Assembly: GCF_018350175.1 (NCBI RefSeq) | Contig: NC_058386.1 | Span: 122,078,001 to 122,142,000, forward strand | Source of the DNA: Felis catus | Taxonomy: Eukaryota | Length of the DNA: 64,000 nucleotides | Direction of reading: 5' to 3' | Shown: positions 51,801 through 64,000 of the stretch, one piece after another | Numbering within the stretch: position 1 is the first letter of the stretch | Layout: each line of letters opens with the position of its first letter | The notes under the pieces: model-generated | What the model was told of the DNA's origin: nothing | Seen by the model: only the letters and a program-made list of their open reading frames with translations | The model's database searches: none | Position numbers and translations under genes: made by a program

Positions 51801-54800
51801 GCCCAACAAAGAGTCCTCTTTACTTGCCCCCTAGGTCAAGTTGTCCCCAGAGTAAGGTCTTAGTTGTTAGCCCCCCCCCTTTCTTCCTGGGCCAACAGTT
51901 CTTGCTGGTTAGTTGGTCCTACTCAGGTAGGCCGCAACAATCAGTCCTATTTTCATGTCCTTATGTCATGTTGTCCTCAAAGTAGGGTTTCTGTCGGTAG
52001 CCCCCTTTTTGTTCCTGCCACCCCCTTACACACACTTCCTCATTTCTTCTCTCGTAATGGTTCCTGCTGGTGAGTTGGTCCTGCTCATGTAGGCCCGAAA
52101 CAAGAGTCCTGTTTTCTTGCCCCCTAGGTCAATTTGTCCTCAGAGTAGGGTCTCAGTTGGTTGCCTCCCTTTTTCTCCTGCCTCCCCACATCCTGCTTTG
52201 GTCTCTCACAACTGCTGCTATTGGTTCATTGGTCCTGCTAAGATAGGCCCCAACAAAGAGTCCTGTTTTCACGCCCCCAGATCAAGTTATCCTCAGAGCA
52301 GGGTCTCAGTTGGTAGGCCCTCTTGTATACCTGCCCTCCCCACTTCCTGGTCTCTTCCAACTGCTCCTGCCGGTTAGTTGTTCCTGGTCAGGTAAGCCCC
52401 AACAAAGAGTTCTGTTTTCTTGCTCCAGGTCAAATGGTCCTCAGAGTAGGGTCTCAGTTGGTCGCCCCACTTTTATTGATGCCTCCCCTCACTTCCAGCT
52501 TTGATCTGCTCCAAAGGTGCCTGCTGGTTAGTTGGTCCTGTTCAGATAGACTCCAACAAAGAGTCTTGATTTCTTGACCCCATGTCAGTTTGTCCTCAGA
52601 GTAGGGTTTCAACTGGGAGCCCCTTTTTATCCCTGCACCCTCTCACACACTTCCAGCTTTGGTCTCTTCCAACTGTTCCTGCTGGTTAGTTGGTCCTGCT
52701 CAGATAGGCCCAAAAAAAGAGTCCTGTTTTTTTTTTCCCACTAGGTCAAGTTAATCTCACAGTAGGTCCTCAGTTCGTAGACCCCCTTTGAGTGCCTCCA
52801 CCAAACACCTGCCGCATTGGTCTGTTCCAACTGTATCTGCTGGTTAGTTGGTTCTTCTCAGATGGGCCGCAACAAAGAGTCCATTTCTCATGACCCCTAG
52901 ATGAAGTTATCCTCAGAGTATGGTCTCTGTTGGTTGTACCCCTTCTATTCCTGCCACCCCCCTCTGCCTGCTTTGGTATGTTCCAACTGTATCTGCTGGT
53001 TAGTTGGTTGTCTTCAGATAGGCCCCAAGAAAATGTCCTATTTTCTTGCCCTCTAGGTCAAGTTTTCTGCAGAGTAGGGTCTCAGTTTGTAGCTTCCCCA
53101 TTTATTCCTACCCCCCCCCCCGCTTCCTCCTTTGGTTTAATCCAATATTTCCTGCTGGTTGGTTACTCCTGCTCAGATAGGCCCCCAGAAGAGTCCTGTT
53201 TTCTTCTTGCCCCAGGTCAAGTTCTCCTCCGAGTAGGGTTTCAGTTTGTGGCCCCCCCTATTGTTTTCTCCCCCCATGCTTCCCGCTTTGGTCTCTTCCA
53301 GCTGGTCCTGCTGGTTAGTTGGTCCTGCTCAGGTAGGTCCCAACTAACAGCCCTGTTTCTTGCCCCCAATGTCAACTTGTCTGAAGAACAGGTTCTCAGT
53401 TGGCAGCCTCCCTTTTTTCCTGCCCCCCAATCCTGCTTTGGTCTCTTCCAGCTGTTCCTGTTAGTTAGTTGGTCGTACTCAGATAGGCCGGAACCAACAG
53501 TCCTGTTTTCTTGTCCCCTATATCGAGTTGTCTTCAGAGTAGGGTCTCAGTCGGTGGCCCCCCTTTTATTCCTGCCCCTGAAATTCACACTTTGGCCTCT
53601 TCCAACTGTTCCTGTTAGTGAGCTGGTCCTGCTCAGATAGGCCCCAACAACGAGTCCTGTTTTCTTGGCCCCAGGTTATATGGTCCTGAGAGTTACATGG
53701 TCCTCAGAGTAAGGCCTTAGTTGGTAGCCCCACCTTAACGCTGCCACCCTGCTTCAAGCTTCTGTCTTCTCCAACTGTTCCTGCTGATTAGTTGGGCCTT
53801 GTTAGATAGGCCGCAGCAAAGAGTCCTGTTTCCTTGCCCCCTAGGTCTAGTTGTCCTCAGAGTATGGTCTCAGTTGGTAGCCTCCCCTTTTATTCCTAAC
53901 CCTTCTGCACACGTTCTGCTTGGCTGTCTACCAACTGTTCCTACTGGTGAGCTGGCCCTCCTCAGATAGTCCCAACAAAGAGTCCTGTTTTCTTGATCAA
54001 GATCTGTTTTTCCAGATCAAGATGTCCTCAGAGTAGTGTTTCAGTTTGTAGCCCCCCTTTTATTCTCTCTCCCTCACTTCCCACTTTCATCTCTCCCAAC
54101 TATTCCTGCTGGTTACTTGGTCTTGCTCAGATAGGGCCCAACAAAGAGTCCTCTTTACTTGCCCCCTAGGTCAAGTTGTCCCCAGAGTAAGGTTTTAGTT
54201 GTTAGCCCCCTTTTACTCCTGCACCCACTACTTCCTGCTTTGGTCTCTTCCAACAGTTCCTGCTGCTTAGTTGGTCCTGCTCAGATAGGCCCCAAGGAAG
54301 AGTCCTGTTTTCTTACTCCCGAGGCCAAGTTGTCCTCAGAGTAGGGTCTCAGTTGGTAGCCCTGCTTTTATTCCCGCACCCCCCCCCCCCACTTTTCCTG
54401 CATTGGTCTCTTCCAAATGTTCCTGCTGCTTAGGTGGTCCTGCTCACATAGGCCCCAACTTAGAGTCCTGATTTCTTGTCCCATAAGTCAAGTTGTCCTC
54501 AGAGTCGGGTCTCAGTTGGTTGCTCCCCTTTTATTCCCACCCCCCACACACTTCCCTATTTGGTCTCTTCTAACTGTTCCTTCTAGTTACTTGGTCCTGC
54601 TCACCTATGTCCCAACACAGACTCCTGTTTTCTTGCCCCCTAGGTTCAGTTGCCCTCAGAGTAGGGTCTCAGTTGGTAGCCCCCCTCCTCACTCTTGCCC
54701 CCCCCCGCACTTCCTGCTTTGGTCTCGTCCAATTGTTCCTGCTGATGAGTACATCCTGCTCAGATAGGCCCCAACACAGAGTCCTGGTTTTTTGCCCCCA

Positions 54801-57038
54801 AGTCAAGTTGTCCTCAGAGTAGAATTGCACGCAGTAGCCCTGCCTTTATTCCTGCACATCCCAACTTCCTGCTTATGTCTGCTCCAAATGTCCCTGCTGG
54901 TTCCTTGCTCTGCTTAGGCCCCAACGAAAAGTCCTATTTTCTTGCCGCCTAGATGAAGCTGTCCCCAAGGTAGGGTCTCAGTTGGTAGTCCCCCTTTATA
55001 CTCGCAGCCTCACCCCACACATTTTGCTTTGGTCTTTTCCAAGTATTCCTGCTTGTTAGTTGGTTCTGCTCAGATAGGCCCCAACAAAAAGTCCTATATT
55101 CTTGCTCTCTGGTCAAGGAGTCCTCAGAGTAGGGTTTCACGGGGTACCCGTCTTTTATTCCTGCCTCCTCACTTCCCACTTTGGTCTCTTCCAAATGTCC
55201 CTGCCGGTTAATTGTTCCTGCTCAGATAGGGCGAACAAAGGTTATGTTTTCATGCCCCCTAGGTCAAGTTATCCTCAGAGTAGTGTCTGAGTTTGTACCC
55301 TCCTTTTATTCTTGTCCTCCCCCAATTCCCACTTTGATCTCTTCCAACAGTTCCTTCTGGTTAATTGGTCCTGCTCTGATAGGCCCCGACAAAGACTGAT
55401 TTTCTTCCCCCAGGTCAATTTGTCCTCAGAGTTGGTTTTCAGTTTGTAGCCCCACTTTCATTCCTGCCACCCCCCAACACACGCACGCACGCGCACACAC
55501 ACACAGACACACACACACACACACACACATTCCTGGTTTGGTCTCCTCCAAATGTTCCTGATGAGTTGGTTCTGCTCAGATAGGCACCACCAAGAGTCCT
55601 GTTTTCCTGCCCCCTATGTCGAATTGTCCTCAGAGTAGTGTCTCACTTGGTAGCACCCCTTTTATTCCTGCCCCTCCCCACTTCCCGCTTTGGTCTCTTG
55701 CAACTGTTCCTGCTGGTTAGTTGGTCCTACTCAGATAGGCCCCAGCAAAGAGTCCTGTTGACTTGCCCCCAGGTCAAGTTGTCCTCAGAGTAGGGTCTCA
55801 GTTGGTAGGCCCCCTTTATTGCTTCCACTTGCTGCTTTGGTCTCTTCCAACTGTTCCTTTTGGTTGGATGGTCCGGCTCAGATAGGCCCCAGGAAAGAGT
55901 CCTATTTCGATGCCCCAGGTCAAGGTGTCTTCAAAGTAGGGTTTCAGTTTTTAGTCCCCCTTTGTTCCCTTCCCCACTCTTCCCGCTGTGGTCTCCTCCA
56001 ACTGTTCCTGCTTCTTAGTTGGTCCTGCTCAGATAGACACGCACCGGTAGTCCTGGTTTCTTGCCACCGGGTCAAATTGTGTTCAGGATAGGGTCTCAGA
56101 TGGTTGCCTTCCCTTTTATTCGTTTCCCCCACTTCCTGCATTGGTCTCTTCAAAATGTTAATGCTCGTTAGTTGCTCCGGCACAGATAGGCCCCAACAAA
56201 GAGTCCTTTTTTCTTGCCCCCAGGTAAAGTTCTACTCAGAGAATGGTTTCAGGTGGTTGCCCCCCTTTTATTCCTGCTGCCCCCCTCACAGTTTCTGCTT
56301 TGGTCTCTTCCTACTGGTCCTGCTGATTAGGTGTTCCTGCTCAGATAGGCCCCAAAAAGAGTCCTGTTCTCTTGCCCCCAGTTCAAGTTGCCCTCAGAGT
56401 AGTTTCTCAGTTGGTAGCCCCCCGTTTATTCCTACCGCCAACAAAGTTCCGCCTCGGTCTCCTCCACGTGCTCCTGCCGGTTAGTTGGTCCTCTTCAAAT
56501 AGGCCACGACAATGAGTCCTTTTATCTTTCCCCCAGGTCAAGTTGTCCTCAGAGTAGGGTTCCAGTTGGTAGCCCCCATTTTATTCCAGCCACCCCTCCT
56601 CAGCACACACTCCCATCTTTGGTCTCCACCAAATATTCCTGCTGGTTAGTTGGTCCTGCGCATTTAGGCCCGAGCAAAGAGTCCTGTTTTCTTGTCCTCT
56701 AGATCAAGTGGTCCTCAGAGTAGGATCCCAGTTGGTAGCCCCTCCCCCCCACTTTCTGCTTTGGTCTTTTCCAACTGTTCCATCTGGTGAGTTGGGCCTG
56801 CTCAGATAAGCCCCAAAAGAAAGTCCTGTTTTCTTGCCCCCAAGTCACGTTGTCCTCAGAGTTGGTTTTCCGTTGTTAGCTCCCCTTTTATTCATGGTGG
56901 CCACACACTTCCCACTTTGGTCTCTTCCAACTGATCCTGCTGGTTAGTTGGTGCTGCTCACGTAATGCCCTGATAACACGTCCTGATTTCTTGCCCCTAG
57001 GTCACGTTGTCATCAGAGTAGGTCTCAGTTCGTAGCCC
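42802..57038. repeat. ~156-bp tandem satellite, array 2 (~90 monomers)
   Basis: Same consensus and orientation, lying between the two MAGE cassettes. Confidence 0.95.
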
Positions 57039-57653
57039 GCACATTCCACACCTCCTCCTCAGGGGCACAGTTGTTCTCCAGGAGGACCACCCCCAAGACC
57101 AGCACCAGGAAGCTGGCCGTGGGCATGCCCTGCCTACTGCTTAGCATCCCATCACATATCAGGCCAAGGATGGTGACCAGGAAGAAGGAGTGGTCTCTGG
57201 CGTCCGCTTCCTTCACGTCAACTCCAACGACCAGCTGTAGATACTCGCAGGCTTGGCGGAAGATCACGGAGACGTGGTCCTGGTCATCTTGGCTGACCAC
57301 CGCCAGCATCTCCGCCTGTGTGGTCGGTCGGCTGCTGAGTGCGATACTTGAGAGCAGGAATGCCACCAGGTCAGCCAGCCTCATGCCGAATGCATCTGGG
57401 AGCGAGGGCTGGGCTCCTTGTGGGGCCCCTCTGGTGCTGGACCCCTCCTCATCGGGGCTGCTGGGGTCCTCATCGGACTGGCTCCACGGAGCACCTGCCA
57501 TGTCAGCGGGGGAGGGGCAGGCATTCGGAAGGCTCAGACTGACTCTGTTGAGGGGCCCAGGCTCCCTCTGTCCTCCTTCTGCATCCTCGCCAAGAATGGC
57601 CACAGGGCCCAGGCCCTGCCCTCTGCCCACTTGAGGTGTCCCAGCCGCCTCCC

Positions 57654-57684
<31 letters not shown>

Positions 57685-57753
57685 CCCGTGTCTGTGAGAC
57701 TCCACTGTGGAAGTCTGGCCCGACTCATCCACCCAAATGCCCATCCTGCCCAT
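57025..57753 (-). pseudogene. Truncated/chimeric MAGE-A paralog, copy 2
   Basis: Near-identical to copy 1; 242-codon open frame. Confidence 0.8.
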
Positions 57754-58909
57754 GGCCCTTCACAGAAGGACGCGGGTGCCCGAACTCTGGCAGGTTCCTT
57801 CTGTGTGTCCTAGGGACCTGAGTCCTTCGGTCCGCCCCCCATGTCCCCACCTGGACTCCCTAGCCCGGCCCGTGCCCCTGCCCTTTCTGACCTGGGATCC
57901 TGTCCCTCACCCCAAGGTCCTCGGCTCCCTCAAACCCCCGAGGTACAGTTGAGTGGACACAGCCTGCGGCCGCCCTCTCCAGAAACCCCGGCCTCAGCGG
58001 GGCCTGAGCGCCTGCCTCTACCCAGGGTGGGTGGGTATAGTAGGCCCTACCGCTCTCCCTCAGGTCCAGACACCAGCTCCAGGAAGAGCCTGGGCCCGTC
58101 CCTCTGGGGCCCCGAGTCTACCACCCTTAGCCCCGCTGGGAGAAGGGCTCCGCCTGACCACCCTGCCGGGGTCTCTCGGGCTGCCGGCTGGACTGACCTG
58201 GATTCCGGGATGGGGGGGCCGGCCGTGCTCCCTCACATGTCGACGTGCACGCCTTGCTGCCCGGCCGGGCCCCTTCTCTCTGCCGGCCCGAACCAGGCAT
58301 CCCAGACTGAGGCTCCCACCTCTGTCACCATCCTTTCCGGGATCCTCACCTTGACTCTGACCGGCTCGGGCCGTGCCCCCGCCCTCTACACAGCTGAGTC
58401 TGTGCGCCTCAGATCCAGGCTCTCACTCCCTGACTTCCTGGAGACGGAGGCAGGGAGCACACCGCAGCCACTGTCCCCTCCCCGCTACATTGTGATCAGC
58501 TACCCAGAAGGCATCACACTGACCAGAGACACCAAGCCAGCCTGGCTCAGGATGTCTCCACTGTAGGGCTCCCCCTGGAGCCACACTGCCTCACCCTCCT
58601 TTGATTTGTTCTGCTCCTCTTAGGGGACCCTTCCCTGCCTTCCCACTGGGACTGTCGCTGCTAGACAGTCACCTAGGGGTGGGACGTGTCCCGCCTCTCC
58701 TAGTGTCCTCACTGCCAACACAGGGCCCTTCCGAGAGTGAGCAGAGCTCAGCGAATGTCCGGCCACAAATGTCCCAGTGAGCTGGGGACCTCTGCTCAGA
58801 TCGAGTGTCTCCTCCTTTCTTGGAGACCCAAGCAAAGGCAGGCACACATCTCTATGTCCCTCGTCCAGAATGACAGACGACAAGGGACGAGAAGCAAGAA
58901 CGAACATCT

Positions 58910-58915
58910 TTTATT
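58910..58915 (-). terminator. AATAAA polyA signal, MAGE copy 2
   Basis: Paralogous to 38618. Confidence 0.65.
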
Positions 58916-59386
58916 GCTCCATGCCCTGAAACCATCCGCTTACTGCCAAGGTCTTCACGTTTGCAAGACATCCCTGTCTGTGCCCAGCCCAGGCACCGCG
59001 TTTCCCTTCTGGATCCCGAACGAGGACGGAAGGGTTCCCAGCTCGTTGCACCAAACGGCACAACTCTGACTCTTGAACACCTGTGGCGTGGGTGCCACTC
59101 CCACACTGAGCCCGAAGCTCACGAAACCTTCTATGACAAGGAACAACATCGGAAAACTTCCTCGAGGAAACAAAGATCGATTTCCGAGGCCACGTAGACA
59201 GAGAACAAGAACCCACCCAAACGCGCGCTTGGCCCCGCTTTCCCCCAAGCCGCCCTGGCCCTCCACTACTCACAACGCCCAGCGCCCGCTCTGCTCGCAC
59301 TCGCAGGGGAGAAGTGGCCTGGCTTCGTGCCCCGCAGGAGAAGCTGCTCGACCCCAGGTGGGAACGGGCCCGGCTGCCCCTCGGGC

Positions 59387-60741
59387 TCAGGCCCGCTCTT
59401 CCTCATGGCTCACAGCCTCTTCGGACAGACACGGAGACCCGGGCTGCCTGCTGTTGACCGCGAGGAAGTGCTGCAGCACTTGCACGCCACTGGTTTCTGC
59501 GTGGGCCCTGGGACCCCACAGGAACTCGTAGCGTGCGGGCTCGCTGCCGGGCACCTGCCGGTACTCCAGGTACCCTTCCTGCACCCAGACGTCGGTCAGC
59601 AGCTCCCTGGGCTCCCCATAGAATACGTGCTCCCTGCCGGCATACACCCCCATGACCCCCAGCGCTTCCCACACCGCCTCCTCAGGGGCACGGTCCTCCT
59701 CCAGGAGGATCACCCACAGGACCAGCACCAGGAGGCTGGTCTTGGGCATGCCGTTCCTACCACTCGGCGTCCCATCGCAGCTGAGGCCCAGGATGCTGAC
59801 CAGGACGTAGGAGCCCTCGCGGGGGTCCACTTCCTTCACGTCGACTCCAAAGACCAGCTGCAGATACTCGCAGGCTCGGCGGAAGATCACGGGGAAGCGG
59901 TCCTGGTCATCTTGGCTAACCGCCGCCAGCATCTCCGCCCGTGTGGTCGGCTGCTTGGTGCGATACTTGAGGAGCAGAAGCAGCACCAGGCTGGCCACCT
60001 TCACGCGGAGAGCATCTGGGAGCGAGGCCTGGGCCCCTGCCGGGGCCCCCCAGGTGCTCGACCCCTCCTCATCGGGGCTGCTGGAGCCCTGGTGGGACTG
60101 GCTCCCCGAAGCGCCTGCCATGGCCCTGGGGGAGGGGCAGGAGCTCCGAGGGCTCTGGGGAGGACTCGGGGACCCGGCAGCAGCAGACCCCTCCTCCAGG
60201 GGGACCAGAATGAGGACAGAGCAGGAGGAGGACAGGGAGGAAGAGGAGGAGGAGGAGGAGGAGGGAGATGGGTACCCCCCCTCCTCCTCCTCTGCTTTCT
60301 CCTCCTCCATCTCCACCTCCTCTTCCAACTCCTCCTCTTCCTCCGACTCCACCTCCTCCACCTCCAACTCCACCTCAACTCCACCTCCAACTCCTCCTCT
60401 TCCAACTCCTTTTCCTCGGACTCCACCTCCTCCACCTCCACCTCCACCTCCTCCACCTCAACCTCCACCTCCAAATCCACTTCTTCCACCTCCTCCTCCT
60501 CCACCTTCTCCTCCTTCAACTCCACCTCCTCCACCTCCTCCACCTCCTCCTCCTCCAAATCCACCTCCTCCACCTCCTCCAACTCCACCTCCTCCTTCTT
60601 CAACTCCACCTCCTCCTTCTTCAACTCCACCTCCTCCACCTCCGTGTCCTCAGGCTCTGGCAGCATTGCATCCCATGGCAGCGGGACCTCTCTTGGCTCC
60701 TCCTTAAGCTTGCAGAGCTCACTCCTCTGACGCAGGGGCAT
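59387..60741 (-). CDS. MAGE-A-like protein with poly-Glu/Val tract, copy 2 (one 1-nt frameshift at ~60376 as assembled)
   Basis: MHD translation identical to copy 1. Span 1355 nt = 3n+2; break at cacctc^aactcc, a different site from copy 1. Confidence 0.85.
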
Positions 60742-60762
60742 GATGGTCGCCAAACCCTGAAG

Positions 60763-63052
60763 ACAGAAGAGGGGTGGCTCCTCAGGGGGAGGCCCAGCCC
60801 ACCCAGACCCCGAGCTCCCAGGCCTGAGAGCGGGGCCGCGTGGGGGTTGGGGGCCGAGGGGTCCCCTCTGGGGTGGGATGGGCGAGCCCCCGGCCCCACG
60901 CGCGGAGCACGCACCTCGCCTGGACAACCGACTGGCACGCGGCCTCGCCTCCTCTGCTCTGTGACCTCAGGACTCCTGCCTCAGACCAAGGCCTCAACTG
61001 CAGAGCTCGCAGAGCCCCTGGAAGAGGGAGGGATGGAGGGAGGGAGGGGGGGAAGGAGGGGGCGCCTCAGGGTCTCAGGGTGGGTGCAGACCGCGAGCAC
61101 CGCCCCGGGCCCCCACCCCCCACTGCGGCCAGGAGATTCTGGCCAGGACTCTGGGCGGCCCCGCCCCGGGAGCCCCCACCCCCCACCCCCCATCCAGCCT
61201 GGGCCTGCCCCTTCCGGGCCTCCCCTGACAGCCAGAGCGGACCCGAGCGGCAGGGCAGGCCTGGGCCCTACGCAGGTGTCCTGGGCTGGGAGGCAGCGCC
61301 TCCTCTCTCCCCTGCACCCCGGCCAGGGCCCTGGATCCTGCCTCGGCTGACCGGGGTCCAGCCCCGCACACCAAGGCCCTCCCCTCGCCCAGACCCACCG
61401 CGGGGGCGGCTTTCCGAGGGCGGCCCCGGGGCTGGGGTCCAAGGGGCCTCCGGCCGTCCTCCCGCAGGGCTCTCCCGGGGAGCCCCCGGCCGCTGCCTCC
61501 CACCAGAGCCCTCTCGGCCCGGCGAGGTCCGGGCCAAGGCGGCTGGCGTCGCACGAGGCGACCAAGTCCGGGGAGGCCCGGGGCCGATGGCGGGGGGCTC
61601 ACGTGGCTTCCTTGGGGTCCCTCAGCCCTATCCTCTCGTCCCCATCCGGACTCCCTGGGCGGCCTGGGCCTCGGGCTCTGCCGCCTGACGCCGGCTCCTC
61701 GCGCGCAACCAGCTCTCAGTCGGGCTGGGACCCAGAGCCCGAGTCCGCCCACGCCGCACGCCCTGGTCACAGTCGTCGTGGTCGCGCCACCCTGCGGCCT
61801 CCACCGCCGCCCCCACCGCCGCACTCATTCCCCTCTGGGTCCCGGCTCCCTCGCTCCTCCCTCTGGGCCTCACCTCGAAGCCCACGAGGCTCTGCGCCCT
61901 TCCCGCGCCTGACGGGATTCGAGGCGCGGCCGGAAGACGCCGAGGCCCCCTCGCCACGCCCCGCCCCGCCAGTCTCTTGAGACCCGGATGCGGAAGTCCA
62001 GACACCGCGCGGGGCCTCATTCCCACTAGGCGCTTCCCTAGGCTGCCGCTAGGGGTCGCCTTCCGGGCCGGGGCCGGGGCCTGGGTTCTGGGGGGCCAGA
62101 GTCCCTCCCTCGGTGTTCCCTCCGTGGCCTCCTGCACCCCGGGGATGGCCTGTGCGCGTGGCCGCTGACGATGGGAACTCGTGCCCCTCAGACCGGGGTC
62201 CGAAGGTCTCTGGGACGCACCGCCCAGGCTCAGTGACGGGGCGCCCGCCACCTCTGGCCACCCGATGCAGTGGCTCCCCGGGCCTGCGGCACGGACTGAC
62301 TTCGTAGCTCTGGGCTGGGGTGGACCTGGTCTCCTGACAGCACCTGGGCCCTCCTCCCGTCTGCCCACCGGAGCGGCTGCTCCCGACAGACAGCGGGTCC
62401 TCGGTTCTCCCCAGCTCACCCATCCGACCCCCACTCCCCCGTCCAGGTGATCCGAGACCCGGATGCCCAAGTCCAGCCTCGCCCAGTGTCCCCATCCCTC
62501 CCGGGGGCCTGCGCGGACTGACTCTGTTGTGGGGTCCAGGCTCCTTTGCCTGCAGGTCCCTCTGTTCCTCATTAGGAATCGCCCCGGGACACGGGCCCTG
62601 CCCTCTGCCCACCTGAGGTGTCCCAGCCACCCCCCGCCCCCTGCGCCTCCTCCGGTGTCTCTGAGACCCGGCTGCGGAAGTCTGGCCCGACTCTCCTCCG
62701 CGAGTCCCCATGCCTCCCAAGGGCCCTTCTCAGAAGGCCTGAGGTCTTGAACTTTGGGACGTCCCCTCTGTCCTGGGGACCCGAGTCCCTCAGTCCTCCC
62801 TCTGACCCCCACCTGGACACCGTGGCCCCGTCCTGTATCCCTGCCCTTTCCTGACCTAGGATCCTGTCCCTCACCCCAAGGTCCTCAGCTTCCTCAGATC
62901 CCTGAGGCACAGTTGAGTGGACGGGGCCTGCGGCCACCCTCTACACGTACCCCGGCACCGCGGCCCAGGCTGATCTCCTGTCCCCGGGGCGGGATGGGCC
63001 CTGCGGATCTCCATGAAGTCCCGACACCTGCTGCAGAGGAGCCTGGGCCCGA
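60763..63052 (-). promoter_or_regulatory. CpG-rich MAGE 5' region, copy 2
   Basis: Paralogous to 40480-42800. Confidence 0.65.
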
Positions 63053-64000
63053 CCCCCTATTATTCCTGCCGCCCCGCCACACACACTTCCGACTTTTCTC
63101 TCTTCCAACTGTTCCTGTTGGTTACTTGGTCCTGCTCAGATAGGCCTGAACAAAGCCTCCTGTTTTCTTGCTCCTAGGACAAGTTGTCCTCAGAGGAGGG
63201 TCTCAGTTGGTAGCCCCCCTTCTATTCCTCCCCCCTCTCTTCTTGCTTTGGTCTCTTCTAGCTGTTCTTGCTGGTTGGTTGGTTCTGCTCCAACAGGGCC
63301 CCAACAAAGTGTTCTATTTTCTTGACCCCATGTCAAGTTGTCCTCAGAGTACTGTTGCAGTTGGTAGCCCCCCCCATTTATTCCTGCCGCACCCCACACA
63401 CACACATTTCTTGCTTTGGTCTCTTCCAACTGTAATCACTGGTTTGTTGGTCATGCTCAGATATGTCCCAGCAAAGAGTCCTGTTGCCTTGTCCCCAACA
63501 CAAGTTGTCTTCAGAGTTGGGTTTAAGTTTGTAGGCCCCCTTTTATTGCTCCCCCCCCCCACTTCTCACTTTGGTCTCTTTCATCTCTTCCTGCTGGTTA
63601 GTTGGCCCTGCTCAGATAGGCTGCACCATGATTCCTGTTTTCTTTCCCCCCAGGTCAAGTTGTCTCCAGAGGAGGGTCCAAGTTGGTAGCCTCCTCTTTG
63701 ATTTCTGCCCCCCACCCACACACACTTTCTGCTTGGGTCTCTTCCAAATGTTCCTGCTTGTTGATTGGTCTTTCTCAGATAGGCCCCAATAAAAAATCCT
63801 GTTTTTTTTGCGCCCAGGACAAGTTGTCCTCTGAGTTGGGGTTCAGTTGGTAGTACCCCTTTTATTCCTGCCCCCCACATACTTTCCGCTTTGGTCTCTT
63901 CCATCTGTCCTGCTGGTTACTTGGTCCTGCTTATATAGCCCTCAACAAAGAGTCCTGTTTTCTTGCCTCCAGGTCAAGTTGTCCTCAGACTAGGGTTTCA
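63053..64000. repeat. ~156-bp tandem satellite, array 3 (runs off the window)
   Basis: Same consensus; starts at the same junction as array 2. Confidence 0.95.

Larger units (their letters stand above)
30010..64000. repeat. ~20.3-kb tandem segmental duplication (unit 1 ~30010-50270, unit 2 ~50270 to window end)
   Basis: Near-identical ORF pairs at offsets of 20251-20292: 30433/50693, 31856/52117, 34663/54949, 36743/57025, 39095/59387, 42321/62572. Confidence 0.95.

Noticed and set aside
27010-57038. CRISPR-like array
   Set aside because: Mammalian DNA; whole ~156-bp monomers repeat with no unique spacers and there are no cas genes.
27010-57038. Many ORFs in the satellite (GQVVLRVGSQLVAP...; GQENRTLCWGLSEQDQ...)
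   Set aside because: The consensus has a stop-poor frame, but poly-C length changes break frames at random; no sign of coding constraint.

Overview
Mammalian genomic DNA, very probably a felid (feliform Can-SINEs), matching the distal Xq (Xq28-equivalent) EOLA1-HSFX-MAGEA neighbourhood. 1-17 kb is intergenic and repeat-rich (Can-SINEs, L1, MaLR/ERVL, L2/MIR). A C-rich tract and CpG island (17.5-20 kb) precede EOLA1/CXorf40 (+, 2 coding exons joined by a GC-AG intron, 171 aa). This converges on an intact two-exon HSFX3/4-like gene (-, 362 aa). From ~27 kb onward the window is a ~20.3-kb tandem amplicon. Each unit holds long arrays of a ~156-bp satellite that I do not recognise, with an in-register ~6-kb cassette embedded in it. 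The cassette carries (i) a MAGE-A-like gene with a ~125-residue Glu/Val N-terminal tract and (ii) a deleted, truncated MAGE paralog whose ORF stays open through compensating indels and takes its stop codon and polyA signal from the satellite. Each consensus monomer carries AATAAA on the MAGE/HSFX sense strand plus ETS-, MYB- and SOX-type motifs. This satellite-MAGE amplicon is the most unusual system here. All coordinates and alignments were read by eye; repeat subfamily names and functional roles are inference.
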